A DNA stretch of 63,985 nt, counting the filler, from Hausera hauseri (Eukaryota), in assembly GCA_046269625.1 (NCBI GenBank). It is 12 parts of 12 records of this genome, joined end to end, with 100 filler letters (N's around TTAATTAATTAA, not from the genome) between each part and the next. Parts side by side here need not be neighbours in the genome. Positions count along the whole stretch, not along the records: positions 32,864 to 40,061 come from JBJURY010031447.1; positions 40,162 to 45,356 come from JBJURY010310831.1; positions 45,457 to 54,854 come from JBJURY010388812.1; 9 more parts are not named here. One strand, 5' to 3'. Shown here in pieces: positions 38,945 to 50,900 of this stretch. The translations under genes and the position numbers were made by a program. Under the pieces are notes generated by a model. It worked only from the letters and a program-made list of their open reading frames with translations. It did not search any database and was not told where the DNA came from. Position 1 is the first letter of the stretch; each line of letters begins with the position of its first letter.

Positions 38945-39785
38945 ATTTGTTATTCCTAGATTTTCAGCTTCTTCATCAGTAAGATTTATGGGATCGTATT
39001 CTTAATAAAAGGGATTGTGGATCCATACCTTCGATCATAATTGACATTTGTTAATACGATTGTGATAAAATTCGGTTTAGGTATTCTTCGATTCGATGAC
39101 CATGATTCTATAAGTGGCACCCCATGACATGCAAAAATGTGCATCTACACATAATTCATCTGTGAAGGTCACCGGGGTTATTTGGCGAGATTGAAGGATT
39201 ATAAATATCGATATCCGGTTCCTTTGATACGTCAAAACGTGTTGTGTTATTATTGACTTTTGTAAAAAATATTAGTTGTATGACTAAGAGGTGCCCGTCT
39301 GATTTGGAACATCGGTACGCGTGTATACTGGTAGAAAAAATTCGTTTTTGTTTGTGGAAATAAAACAAATTTCTGTCACAGATAAACTGTCCATGGGAGC
39401 CTTCAGTGAGGCTCTTCGAAAAGCTACATAAAGAGAATTTTACATTATCCGGAGTGCTTCTCGTTTTTTATTTAGTGTTCAGTGCCCATCTGTCTGAAAT
39501 CGGTGGATTATGTCTTCCGTAACGAAAACATAAGTAGCGCTCTTCAATAGAGACGATTTTCCATTAAGATCAGATTTGTTTTGCTTTGAATATGTTTTGT
39601 CAACTAAATGATATCCACCGGGAACGCGTTCCTTTTGACTTATGTTCACAATCCTGATGTCAACAATGGTTCTTTGTAATGGAAAATTTTTTCGCCTTCC
39701 AGATTGATGATTGTTTGGACGGTCCAACGGCATGATCCCCTGAGGAAGGACAGCCGGCCCCGACTAAGTACATAATCTGGGCGAA
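38945..39785 (-). pseudogene. DENND4: DENND4/Crag-like N-terminus (MABP + uDENN), disrupted
   Basis: IVDIRIV..KERVPGGY..VDKT...SDLN; LYVAFRRAS..PMDSLSVTEICFI..KNE; FCMSWGAT...FITIVLT...RYGSTIPFY..NLTDEEAENLG, spread over frames. Confidence 0.65.
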
Positions 39786-39789
39786 AACG

Positions 39790-39847
39790 CTACCCCGGTT
39801 GTGCCTGGCCAAAATGGGCGAGAGGCAGCACCACACATAGGGACCCC
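39790..39847 (+). repeat. Possible gypsy LTR end (...GCACCACA) with degenerate Trp PBS (TAGGGACCCC)
   Basis: GCACCACA is the reverse complement of the LTR start TGTGGTGC seen at 21111 and 28241. Confidence 0.35.
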
Positions 39848-40954
39848 TAAATATTAGTTGAATTGCTTCAAATTTTGTGTTAGTTTAATACATCACATGG
39901 AACAAATTTGGCACTATGGAGAAATGAAAATGAAAACTTTTTATTTTTGGACAACCCAATAGATAATTGTAAGATTATGGTAAGGTTATATACTCATAAA
40001 ATTTGTAATCATTCTCCTAGCAACAGTTCAAGAACAGTATCAACATGCCACAACACAAGCCNNNNNNNNNNNNNNNNNNNNNNNNNNNNNNNNNNNNNNN
40101 NNNNNTTAATTAATTAANNNNNNNNNNNNNNNNNNNNNNNNNNNNNNNNNNNNNNNNNNNNATAAAGGTGCAGGCTAGCCTTTATGGTAGCTGAACCACC
40201 GCACGAACCCACAGGGTAAAAAGTTGCACCTGCGCAACTTCCATAATAAAAATGTTATCAACAACCATAACAACTGAAATGAAATCCCAAGTGTTCCAGT
40301 GGGAAAATGAATACTGCTTTTCAAATTTTCAATGGACGCATTTACTATCGAGCACTAAATAATGATCGCACGGAAACAGTTAACAACTGTTTTGTAAAGA
40401 GCTGGTCTCTATTATAGTAGATCAGTACATAAACAAGTACATAAATGAAATGATGTCATTATCCTCGGCTTGGCCAACGAATAATGCAGAGTTTCATTGT
40501 GCCTTATCATCACTTATGCCAGCCATAAAATACCAAATGTCCCTCGAATTTCTATTCATCAAGTTTGATTTGGTTGCCATTAGCAATAAACGAACATCTG
40601 TCACATTGACAGAAATGCCATCCGCACTTATTGAATTTAAATCCGCTTTACCGTTAAGCTACGGTGAAATCGTTTGAAAGACACTTTTGAAAAGGATCAC
40701 TGTAATCAGGATCATGAAGACATACCAGAATCCTATATTCAACGTCAAAAACCCAGTTGCGTCAAGTCTATAAGTGCAAGGGTTTGAATCGTTGTGTCTC
40801 GGGTACTAAAATGTACTACTGTGGTCCGCAAATTTTAACTGATGAAGAATTAGTGGAAGAGGCAAAGTTCGATAACCATCTTTTATCTAAGGTACACCAT
40901 TGCTCATATTAAATAAATCACACGCATAAATATGAACACAAAAGATAATAAAAT

Positions 40955-41040
40955 CTATACATAATATGTCCTCCCTTGTTCTTCAAAAGCATTTGGACTC
41001 GATTTGGCATTGAATCGATTAACTTTTCACACTCAGCGGC
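40955..41040 (-). mobile_element. Tc1 transposase C-terminal fragment
   Basis: CEKLIDSMPNRVQMLLKNKGGHIMY. Confidence 0.75.
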
Positions 41041-41499
41041 GACTCGTTGATCTCGATGCCAAACTTAAATCAGAGACTGGATAAGTTTTTTGCTTTGTAG
41101 TACAGTCTCTTCCATGGAGGCGGCTCTTTTTACAGTGAAATTCGTTGTCTTGTTAGTCGATTTACCTTCTCCTAAATCATTCACGACAAAAGAAATACAT
41201 GCACTTTGTAAAGCCGACTTTATCGCAAGTGTTCCGTTTATTGATCGTCGAACAAAAATATTTCTATATAAAATGCAGTAGCATGTACCAGGTTGAGTCA
41301 AAAGTTATTCATGTTTTTTAGTTAATTAAAGTTCTTGTTTTACCAGATCATTTAAGCCTAACGTTTATATGAAACATTTGGTATAATTTTAAAGCCCATG
41401 AAAAGGTAAATCTAACCACTTTAAAAATGAAAAATTTAAAACTCTTCAGTTATTTAACATTTTAGAATGGTTGAAGAATAAACGGTAATTTGTTCCTTA

Positions 41500-41745
41500 T
41501 TACGAAATTATGGGAAAAAGGCCCAACAGCAACAGCTGCGTCTTGAAAAATCTGTAACGTATAAGGCAAGGATGTGCTCAATGAAAATACAACTCAGTGG
41601 TGGTTTCGTTGCTTTAATCAGGACGATACCAGTCTTGAAGATCCGGAACGTTCAGATCGATCATCAGTAGTGAACAAAGAGGAGTTTCATACACTAATGG
41701 AGTAGCAGCGCGTTACTAACACCCAGAGCCTGTGAAAGGAGCTCT
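41500..41745 (+). mobile_element. mariner N-terminal (HTH) remnant
   Basis: GKDVLNENTTQWWFRCFNQDDTSLEDPERSDRS. Confidence 0.75.
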
Positions 41746-42357
41746 GTCATTCCAGCTCCTGCCCTTTTCCTTCCGCCGCTATTAACATGTGTCAACACGG
41801 GCAGAGCGGTGGCACACAGCAGAGTCAGATGTTTGGAGGGAGCTGCAGCAGTTGCAGCGCTTTTCTCACAGACTCCAACTGGCTGTCCTCGCTGTTAGCA
41901 TCCTGAACCTGTTAACTTGACCCTCCCCAGGCCCCTGCGTCCCTCCCCTAGGTCCTTAACGCCACTATTTTCCCTGAAACAGCTGCGGAGCGATGTTAAG
42001 TACTGCATGATGTGCTGCTAAATGCTCCCCTCTGAATGTAAGAAATTCTTCACTTGTGAGGCTGAGGAGCTCCAATCATCATTTCCTGTGTTGCACAGAG
42101 GCCAGAGGAACATTTAACAGTTGCTATAGCTGCGCTGGCAGAGAAAAGTGTCAGGGATACAGAGAGAGTCATAAAAAGTGATGCAATAAGCACCAGTGAA
42201 GCTATTATGTGTTTGATTCTGGGCGCAACTGGGCATGTGCAGAGTCGAACACACTATCAGTGATGTTTTTAAGTGCTGAGTTACCATTTCTGACTAAAAG
42301 CAAACACATTCCCATTACATGTAAACAGCTTACAAATATGAAATAATCATGAAACTC

Positions 42358-45127
42358 TTATCCATCATTCATATATTTTATAATAATCAAAATTAATTCA
42401 TTTGCAATTTCATTCTCTTCCTTATCTAAATCTGTCTCATTAGACACGCATTGATATAATTCATTGCCTTCATCAAGGATTTTAGTTAGCTTTTTCTCAT
42501 TTTCTTCAGTGCTTTTTATACCGAGATTTTTCAATTGTTCAATTAATAGGTTAATTCTCTTCTTGAGAGTTATCGATTTGTCTATAACTGAATTCCGAAG
42601 TAACATTTTACATAGTGTTTTTGTTTCTAAGACTTTAAGTAGGTACGATACTATGGCTTGGCTTAATTTAATGCGTATTTCATTAAAAATTTATTTCTTT
42701 TCAGAGTTAATTGGCGGAATTTTCGCATTTTCCAAAAGGATCTTTCTTTGTCACTTAACTTTTGATCTAGAATATCATCGATTTTCTTAAGTTCAATTTT
42801 TATTTCTGATTCATGTTTTACTCAGCCATAATTCCATGTTGGTACGAATTTCTTTTAATTGCTCTTTATGTTCTTGCTTTATTTTCTTTTTCTTTAGCAT
42901 GAGTAGACATAATTTGTCTAAGTATTCGTTCTTTGTGGTCACATCCTTAGTGAGAAGTAAGTCTTGTCCTTCTCTAATGAATTTTTGTATATCAATTTCT
43001 TCATCTTCTTTTATTAACTGAGTTTCTTCCAGTCCAATGGGGATGATTTCACCACTGCTAATTACTATTGGAGATGGTTCGATTCTGTGACTAAGAACTT
43101 TATCAATTACTGCATCGATTTGCTTATTAATCTTTTCTTGTGTGTCAACTTCTAGTAGATATCTAGATTCGGGTACAAAGTCGTTTTCACGTAATCTATA
43201 AATTTCTTTAATCAATTTTTCACCGTCGTTTTCGTTCATTTTACTTATGCAGTCCTTTTCTATGTAAGTATTTATTAACTTGGATAACTCTAGTCCTTTA
43301 GGAATTTTTCCTTTGTTTATTTTTGCCAAATCTTTTTGTATCTGTTCTCTAATCTTTGGTTGCATTTGCTTCAATGTCTCTTTAGCTACATCTTGGTATT
43401 TTTTTCAACCTGAATTGTCGGTTTGGTAACTGGATGTTCCTCTTGTTTTGAGGTGGATGCAATTAATTCTTTTGGTACTTCATGCTTTGGATGAATTTGT
43501 CCATATTCAATATCCCAACCTTTGATGGGGGATTTCGCAATCTCTTGTTTTTTCTTTGGCATTTTGTAACCTGAAAATGTATATTCCATTTTTATTTGCT
43601 TTGGCTTTTCTCTTTCCGAACCCTTGTTTTGTGTACATAGAGCTACATTTGGATATACTGGGAAACATTCAAACATGAATTCATCGACTTCTGAGAGTGG
43701 TTCAGCGAGAAGGAACCTATTTTTAGCGTCTGTTCTTGCTTCTATAATTATCGACTCAGTAATGGCCTTAGCCTGAGCAGGTTCAGCTACGGGTATATTT
43801 TCGTTTATATCATCATATATTCCATGACAGTAAAATTTTGAAAATCTATTGCTTGTGTCTACATTGTATCGTCTAAGAATTCGGCCAACATCTGAATCCA
43901 TTTTTCTAAGAGCGCTAGCTGTAAGGTTTCTTTCATCCGAGGTCAACTCAGAAACTCTTTGCAAGAAATCTTCTGTGGTATCATAAGTTTTAACTTTATG
44001 CATCGCAGCGCTAGACTTTTTCTCTGATGATTTCGGTAGATCTTGTCATGAACTGGCATAATGTCCCATTTTATTACATCAGTAACAGGTTACCATTTTG
44101 CCTGTTTTAGTTATTTCTTGTCGTCTGTCCTTTTGATAAGGAGTTTCTTGAGCAAATCGAACTCTATGCTCAGTCCGAGGAGAGTTATTCTTTTCATATG
44201 GCAATAACTGTTTTTGTTTTATATTTGTTTGTTTCTCAGTAAAGTTCATTGAGTCTGGTTTATCATATCGTCGTCGGTAATCATCTCGATCATAATCTAT
44301 TTCTATTTGATTTCTTCGATCGTTCCGCCGGTTGTTAAATCGATAATCGCTTTCAAAGCGTTCATTTAGTAGATTGTCACTTCTTCGTGATTCATTATCG
44401 AAACTGCGATCTGTATTTCTTGGTCTTTTAAATGGAGAAAATGACTCAATCATTTGAGCGGCTTTTAATGCGTCAACAAAATCGCTAGGGTATTTAGCTT
44501 GCACTTTATATTGTAAGTCAGGATTAAGTCCATTTAGAAATGGTGTAAGTAACAAAATGTCTGTTTAATTCTTTCTCAACAACACTTTTTCTTCTTCTTT
44601 AAGGCTTCTAAGCGTACTGGTTCGACGTATTAAGCCACAATTTGTCTTAGAGCCTAACCGTACTGGGTCGTACTTTCGCCGTACAATTGATATCGATTTT
44701 GAAGTTTAATCAACTGTTGATATGGAGACAATGTGGAATAAAATTGGTCTATAAATGCTGTTTGAACCAGATCCCATTTTTCTTTCTCATCATTTGTGAG
44801 GTCATTATATGCATCGACAACTATGTTTGTTAATGATAAGGGTAATCTTCTGATCATTTCTTTTTCATCACGGCCTATTGCTGCACTTTGAGATTTGTAA
44901 CTTTTGAAAAAGGAGAACAATTTTTCTGGATTTCCGTTGAATTTTTCTACATTTATGTCCAAATGCTGAATGGTATATGCTCGTTTTTCAGTTGCCTGTC
45001 TTTCTGTTGACATTTCGTATGTTTCTAATAAAATTATTCTATTAAGAATATTGTCTTCTAGTTCGGGAAGTAACTCTAAGTTTCTTATCTGATCTTCGAG
45101 TCCAAATTTTTGAAGTTTTGATATCAA
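42358..45127 (-). pseudogene. Gag-like ORF of an LTR retrotransposon with long post-knuckle extension (disrupted)
   Basis: EKFNGNPE..FSFF, W..VQTAFIDQF, Q..GES, FLNGLNPDLQ..V..KYPSDF.DALKAAQ, broken knuckle CY*CNKMGHYASS* at ~44045-44090. Confidence 0.8.
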
Positions 45128-45456
45128 TTATCAAGTAACTCTTAGTTCAATAATTATTCTTCAATCCAAATTATAATTTTGTCTTTAGGAATCCTTTCGA
45201 ATCTTGTTAAATGTCTTGTAATTTCTTTATGTCTTTTATCAAAATTGGTTAACACTTTTTCGTATACGGCTTCATTTATAAAACCAAATGAATATTCTAG
45301 GAAATGAATGAAGTAATATCTCTTAGGATAAAAAATTTCTTTGATGAATTCTAAATNNNNNNNNNNNNNNNNNNNNNNNNNNNNNNNNNNNNNNNNNNNN
45401 TTAATTAATTAANNNNNNNNNNNNNNNNNNNNNNNNNNNNNNNNNNNNNNNNNNNN

Positions 45457-45678
45457 AAACAATCTTTCAAAGATGCTATAACAACACGAGCATTTGAAGC
45501 ATTACCAGAAATGAAACACCATGCATTGGGTGCACTGAAGGAAGGTATTAATGCAATTAGTGAACAACAGCAGAAAGGCACAGGATTGCGACTTAGTCGA
45601 AAACGAAAACTACTACGAAACATAAAAAATTCAACTATAAACAAAAAGAAAAAGTATGCAGGAACTATATTTGCTTAA
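45457..45678 (+). CDS. C-terminus of a basic virion core-like protein
   Basis: Own translation: ...EQQQKGTGLRLSRKRKLLRNIKNSTINKKKKYAGTIFA*; QxGxG motif plus basic tail, stop 2 nt before the MCP ATG. Confidence 0.65.
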   Translation, partial: KQSFKDAITTRAFEALPEMKHHALGALKEGINAISEQQQKGTGLRLSRKRKLLRNIKNSTINKKKKYAGTIFA

Positions 45679-45680
45679 TA

Positions 45681-46934
45681 ATGTATGCAGCTAAAACCGA
45701 ACTATCATTATTTGATCATCAAATTCCTCAGGTAGTTGTTGAAAGCTCAACGTTTGAAGAAATTTATCCAAAAGATTCAATTACTGGATACACTAGTTCA
45801 CAAATCGAATTCAATATTATTGGATCAGATAACGATTATCTGGACTTGAATGATACTTTATTAATAGTTAAAATGAAAACAGTAAAACATGACGGAAGTA
45901 ATATATCAACTGAATCCGATATAACACCGTCTAACTACATTTTACACACGCTCTTCAAAGAAGCAACGTTGACACTAAATAATACAAAAGTTGAGGATAC
46001 GAATGATACGTATATGCAAAAGGCTATCATTGAAACTACTTTAAATTTCGGATCAGACACGAAAAACACTTTTCTACAGTCTATTGGATACTACAAAGAA
46101 GACAGTAAACGTAAGGATTTGATTAAAAAGTCAGCAATTTTCACACTTTGTGGACCGTTAAATCTGGATTTTTTTGACCAGCCAAAATATTTGCTACCTG
46201 GTATTAATGTAACAATTAAACTGACTCGAAATGTTGGTTCGGTTATTTACAAATACACAAAGACAACTACAGAAACGGTAGATATAAATCCGCAGTCATA
46301 TATTATTGAAGCTAAATTACTCGTACGACGTGTACGTGTAGATCAATCAGTAATGATCGGACATCGTCAGGGTTTGAATCATCAAAATGCCATATATCCG
46401 TTTCAAAAAACGAAAATTGTGAACTTTACCATTCCGAAAGATTCCCATGGTGAATATAAAGACAATTTGTTTTCCGATGAACGATTACCGAAATTCGTTT
46501 TGATAGCATTTCAATCATCAAAACAGGCAAGTGGTGATTATGGTTCATTTTGTCATACGTTTTTAAATTTTGGAGTCAAATCAATAAATCTAATGAGAAA
46601 TGTTGATTATCGAGAAATGTATACAATGAATTTTGATGAAACCAATCCTAACTATACTGAAGCCTATGTACAATCCATTATTCGAAATATGGGCCTTATG
46701 AACAATGATCGAAACAATGGAATTACAATGACAGATTTTAAGGATTCTTGTTCATTTTTCACATTTGTTCTGGCACCAGATTTTGAAGTTGATCAGGCAC
46801 AAATACCGAAAACCGGCAATTTGAAGTTGGATGTTCGTTTTCAAAAAGCTTTAACTGAATCAATAACAATGTATGCTTACGGAGTATTTGATACGGAAAT
46901 ACAAATTACGAAGGACGGTGTTATAATTGTATAA
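45681..46934 (+). CDS. Major capsid protein (double jelly-roll, Polinton/adintovirus hexon-type), 417 aa
   Basis: KTELSLF, IEFNI.G..DYLDLNDT, LHTLF, GPLNLDFFDQPKYLLPG, LPKFVLIAF, GNLKLDVRF.KAL; expected size and position. Confidence 0.9.
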   Translation: MYAAKTELSLFDHQIPQVVVESSTFEEIYPKDSITGYTSSQIEFNIIGSDNDYLDLNDTLLIVKMKTVKHDGSNISTESDITPSNYILHTLFKEATLTLNNTKVEDTNDTYMQKAIIETTLNFGSDTKNTFLQSIGYYKEDSKRKDLIKKSAIFTLCGPLNLDFFDQPKYLLPGINVTIKLTRNVGSVIYKYTKTTTETVDINPQSYIIEAKLLVRRVRVDQSVMIGHRQGLNHQNAIYPFQKTKIVNFTIPKDSHGEYKDNLFSDERLPKFVLIAFQSSKQASGDYGSFCHTFLNFGVKSINLMRNVDYREMYTMNFDETNPNYTEAYVQSIIRNMGLMNNDRNNGITMTDFKDSCSFFTFVLAPDFEVDQAQIPKTGNLKLDVRFQKALTESITMYAYGVFDTEIQITKDGVIIV

Positions 46935-46968
46935 ACAAATAAAGATGGTGGTAAAACAGAAATTTTTA

Positions 46969-47350
46969 ATGAAGTAAGTATTAATATTGAAATTACTAAC
47001 AATTTCAAATTAGTACTTTTCAGATTGAAACCGCTTTAAAACGCAAGTTGGGCAGTCATTTCAAAGGTGTCTATCCTCTAGAACGACTTCCGGATTATCT
47101 AAAACCAGGAGGATACGTCATAAATTCACATTCTAGTAATTTGCCTGGTGAACACTGGATCGCCATCTATGTTCGACCTGAATTAATTCGTGCATTTGAT
47201 CCACTCGGTATGTATTATCCTATAAAACTAGTAACCACACTGGAACGAATGGACCAACCTGTGGAATACAATTCAATCATGTATCAGAATCCACTAACAA
47301 CATTATGTGGGAATTACTGCATCAGTTGGCTTGTTAAACAATATTCTTGA
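46969..47350 (+). CDS. Adenain-like cysteine protease, spliced: join(46969..46973,47014..47350)
   Basis: FKGVYP, VINSH...PGEHWIA, AFDPLG, YQ...TTLCGNYC (His-Asp-Gln-Cys); splicing yields MNTFQIETALK. Confidence 0.88.
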
Positions 47351-47393
47351 TTATAAACAATTATTGATTTTAAATATAAAATGTGTCACGGAA

Positions 47394-47870
47394 ATGTCAG
47401 TTTTCTTTATTGACTTCGAAGCATTTCTAGATGAAAACGGTAATTATGCTATAAAGGAATTATGCGTAATGGATGTATGCAATATCTTTTACCCTAAACA
47501 CTGGATATTTCAAGCTGGTTTTCCAATAAATATCCTTTCGGATAAAGTCAGACGAAAAAACAATTTCCTTACACGCTATCGACATGGAATTAGTTGGGAT
47601 GATGGAGAAAATGATTTTCAACCAATAAGCATTGTGTCACATCTTGATACAACATCACTCTACTACGTAAAAGATCAAGTAGATGGTAAGAAAATAAAAA
47701 CTCTTAAAATTTATTTCCCATCACTACGAATTGTCAACTATAATGTTCGGAATAATCTTCTATTGAAAGTACCTGATCATATCACGTGCCCATGGCGTAA
47801 TCATGACAGTACTAATTGTGCTTACAAGAAATGTTTGCAGTTATGCTTACATTATTTATCATGCAAATAA
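47394..47870 (+). CDS. Polinton accessory protein with DEDD/RNase H-like N-terminus, 158 aa
   Basis: FIDFEAF...YAIKELCV, HGISWDDG, C-terminal C..H...CA..KC cluster. Confidence 0.65.
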   Translation: MSVFFIDFEAFLDENGNYAIKELCVMDVCNIFYPKHWIFQAGFPINILSDKVRRKNNFLTRYRHGISWDDGENDFQPISIVSHLDTTSLYYVKDQVDGKKIKTLKIYFPSLRIVNYNVRNNLLLKVPDHITCPWRNHDSTNCAYKKCLQLCLHYLSCK

Positions 47871-47996
47871 ATCATTGGTTGTTACATTGTATGTATAGTA
47901 TATATAATCATATATATTTTATGCATATCATTTTTTTTTAATTTTTAATAATCCTTTGATATTAATGTTTAAATAAATTTTCTATTTTAGAATTCA

Positions 47997-50900
47997 ATGT
48001 CAACGCAATTCAATATCACAAACAAACAAAACATGGATGCATTAGACATGATTCCTTCCAAACGAGCACGAATAGAAAAAAATGTAGAGAGAGATTTAAA
48101 TGGAAATGTAGTTAATCTAATGTTTGATATAACGGATAAACATATGAAAATAGTTAGTGTTCCCGAGAATATTAAAAAACAACTTGAACAGGAAATTGAA
48201 AAAATAGGGACATGTAAAATTCAGTTTGGAGTGAAACTCAGGTTTCAGAAAGAGGAAGACAAAAAGGATGCATGCATATCCAAACGAGCTGTTTCTTATT
48301 CAGAAACATTTCTGCGGGATGGATCCAGTTCTCTGAATGAATCAATAGAAAAATATTCGGAACAGAGTAGTGGATGGCGAGTTGAAAAACTGTTAGAAAT
48401 ATTTTTTATTCTTACAAAGACAAGTGAAATAATATATTTATCCGGAAAGTCGTACATCCCAAGCCCGAGGGCCTTGAGTAAATCAAATTCAACAGTAAAT
48501 GTGAAGAATGATGATAATTGTTGTTTTATTTACAGTATTCTGGCTGTTTTAAAATACAATGTCATTACTGGAAATAGACATCGACCACAAAATTATATAC
48601 AATATTTTAAGGAAATTCAATTTAATGAAGAAAACATGCCTATGAAAATAAATAGTATTCCTCAGTTTGAACGACAAAATTCAAAAATATCGATCAATGT
48701 CTTTAAATACAGGGAATCAATAGATTCAGATGATGATGAGAGAGAAATATTTAAAAACCCAAATATTGATGTTATCTATCGAACGCGAAATCCTACCGGT
48801 ACACCAGTGAATTTATTATTGTTAGAAGATACAGACAAATATCATTATGTGGCAGTCACAAATTTAGATAGATTACTAAACATCAATAAGAGATTTGTTA
48901 GAATTCATCGCAAATGGTGCCATGTATGCTTACATGGATTTAAATCAGACGTGACATACAGAAAACATATTTCCCTATGTAAATCCAATCCGGATGGTAC
49001 TACTATGTACACTCTACCAGAGAATAATGAACTAAAATTTGCTGACTGGAGCAAAACAATATCACCCGCATATGCAGTTTATGCTGACTTCGAATCAGTT
49101 TTAATACCCGATGAAAAATATACTCAAAAGCATATGCCAGCTGCTGCCGGTTTGTTGCTCGTGGGTTTAAATGGGGATATAAGATACTATGATTTTGTTG
49201 GTGACAGTTGCATAGTCCAATTTTTGAAATGTTTGGAATTGTTAGGTAATGAAGTTGTTTTACAGTGGTATAAAGAAAATTCAAATACCCCAATGAAACC
49301 GTTAAATGCGGAACAATGGAATAGTTTCCTGTCATCAAAAAATTGTTATTTATGTCAGAAGACGTGTAACAAACTTGTACAAGACCATGATCATTTTACC
49401 GGGCAATATTTGGGCTCTGCATGTAATAAATGCAATTTGGCAAGAAAAATTCATATAACATTACCAATTGTCTTCCACAATCTCCGAGGTTATGACATGC
49501 ATCATATTCTTAAACATGCTATTAATAAATTCCCAAAGTGGAATATTAAATGTATACCTCAGTCGATGGAAAAATTTCAGGCATTGATCATCTGGACAGA
49601 CTCAATAACTCTGAGATTTATTGATTCTTATCAGTTTATGAATGGTTCTCTTGCCGCTTTAGCCAAGAACCTTAACGATTACCCAATAACCAAGAAACGG
49701 TTTTCTAGCGATATGATTAGAGGAAAGGGAATATTTCCGTATAATTTAGCAACATCCATTAGTGTATTGCAAAATATGACAGAACTTCCACCGAAATGGA
49801 ACGGTGTTTCAGATGAGGAATATACTCATGCTCAACAGATGTGGATTAATACTAACTGTAACAACATGTTAGATTACATGATGGTGTACCTTAGTCTGGA
49901 TGTGCATTTGTTAGCAGATGTGTTTGAAATGTTCAGAAAAAAATCTATCGAAGATGACGAACTTGATGCAGCTAACTTTTATAGTGTACCCGGATTATCA
50001 TGGGCATCAGCTCTAAAATCACTTGAACAACCGATGGAATTATTGCAATGCCCAGAAATGTATCATTTATTTGAATCGGGAATTCGAGGAGGAATGACAT
50101 TTGTTAACAAACATCATGTGAAATCTACTGAAGAAACAAAACTATTGTACATTGATATTAATAATTTATATGGGTGGGCTTTGAGTCAAAAATTACCATT
50201 TCGCAATTTTCAATGGATAACAGATGACAATGAACTACAATTGATATTTAATAATCTACAACAGACAAATACAGATGGAAACATAGGGTATGTTGCAGAA
50301 GTTGATTTAAACATTCCGGAATTTTTACATGATTACTTGGATGATTTACCAGTAGCGCCAGAAAAATCCTGTCCACCAGGTTCAAAAGTTATGAAGTTGA
50401 TGTTAACTCATTTACCGAAAAATCATTATATAGTTCATTGGAGAATTTTGAAATTTTACCAAAAACTTGGAGTTGAAATAGTAAGAATACATAGAGCAAT
50501 TAGATTTGACCAGGATTACATTTTTAAGCAATATATAGATGAAAATACAGAAAAGAGAGCACGATCAACAAACAAGTTTAATAAGGATTTTTATAAGTTG
50601 AAAAATAACTCACTTTATGGGAAAACTGTTGAAAATTTAAAGAAACGGAAAAACGTGCGGATTTGTAATACAGTAAAAAAGCTGGTAACTTATACAAGTA
50701 AAGTTAGCTTTAAGAAGTCTATGAAAATTGCAGATGACTTAATAGCTGTATTGCTGAATAAAGAAAACGTCTGTTTGAACAGACCAATATACGTAGGACA
50801 AGTGGTTTTAGACCTAAGTAAACTCAGAATGTATCAATTACAATACGAAGAACTATCCATGTACCGTTCTGAGTTTAGTTGTGATATTCGAATTGTTGCT

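Noticed and set aside
40300-41301. hAT-like or zinc-finger transposase fragments
   Set aside because: Only faint resemblance (e.g. PGTCYCIL); too weak to call without a search.
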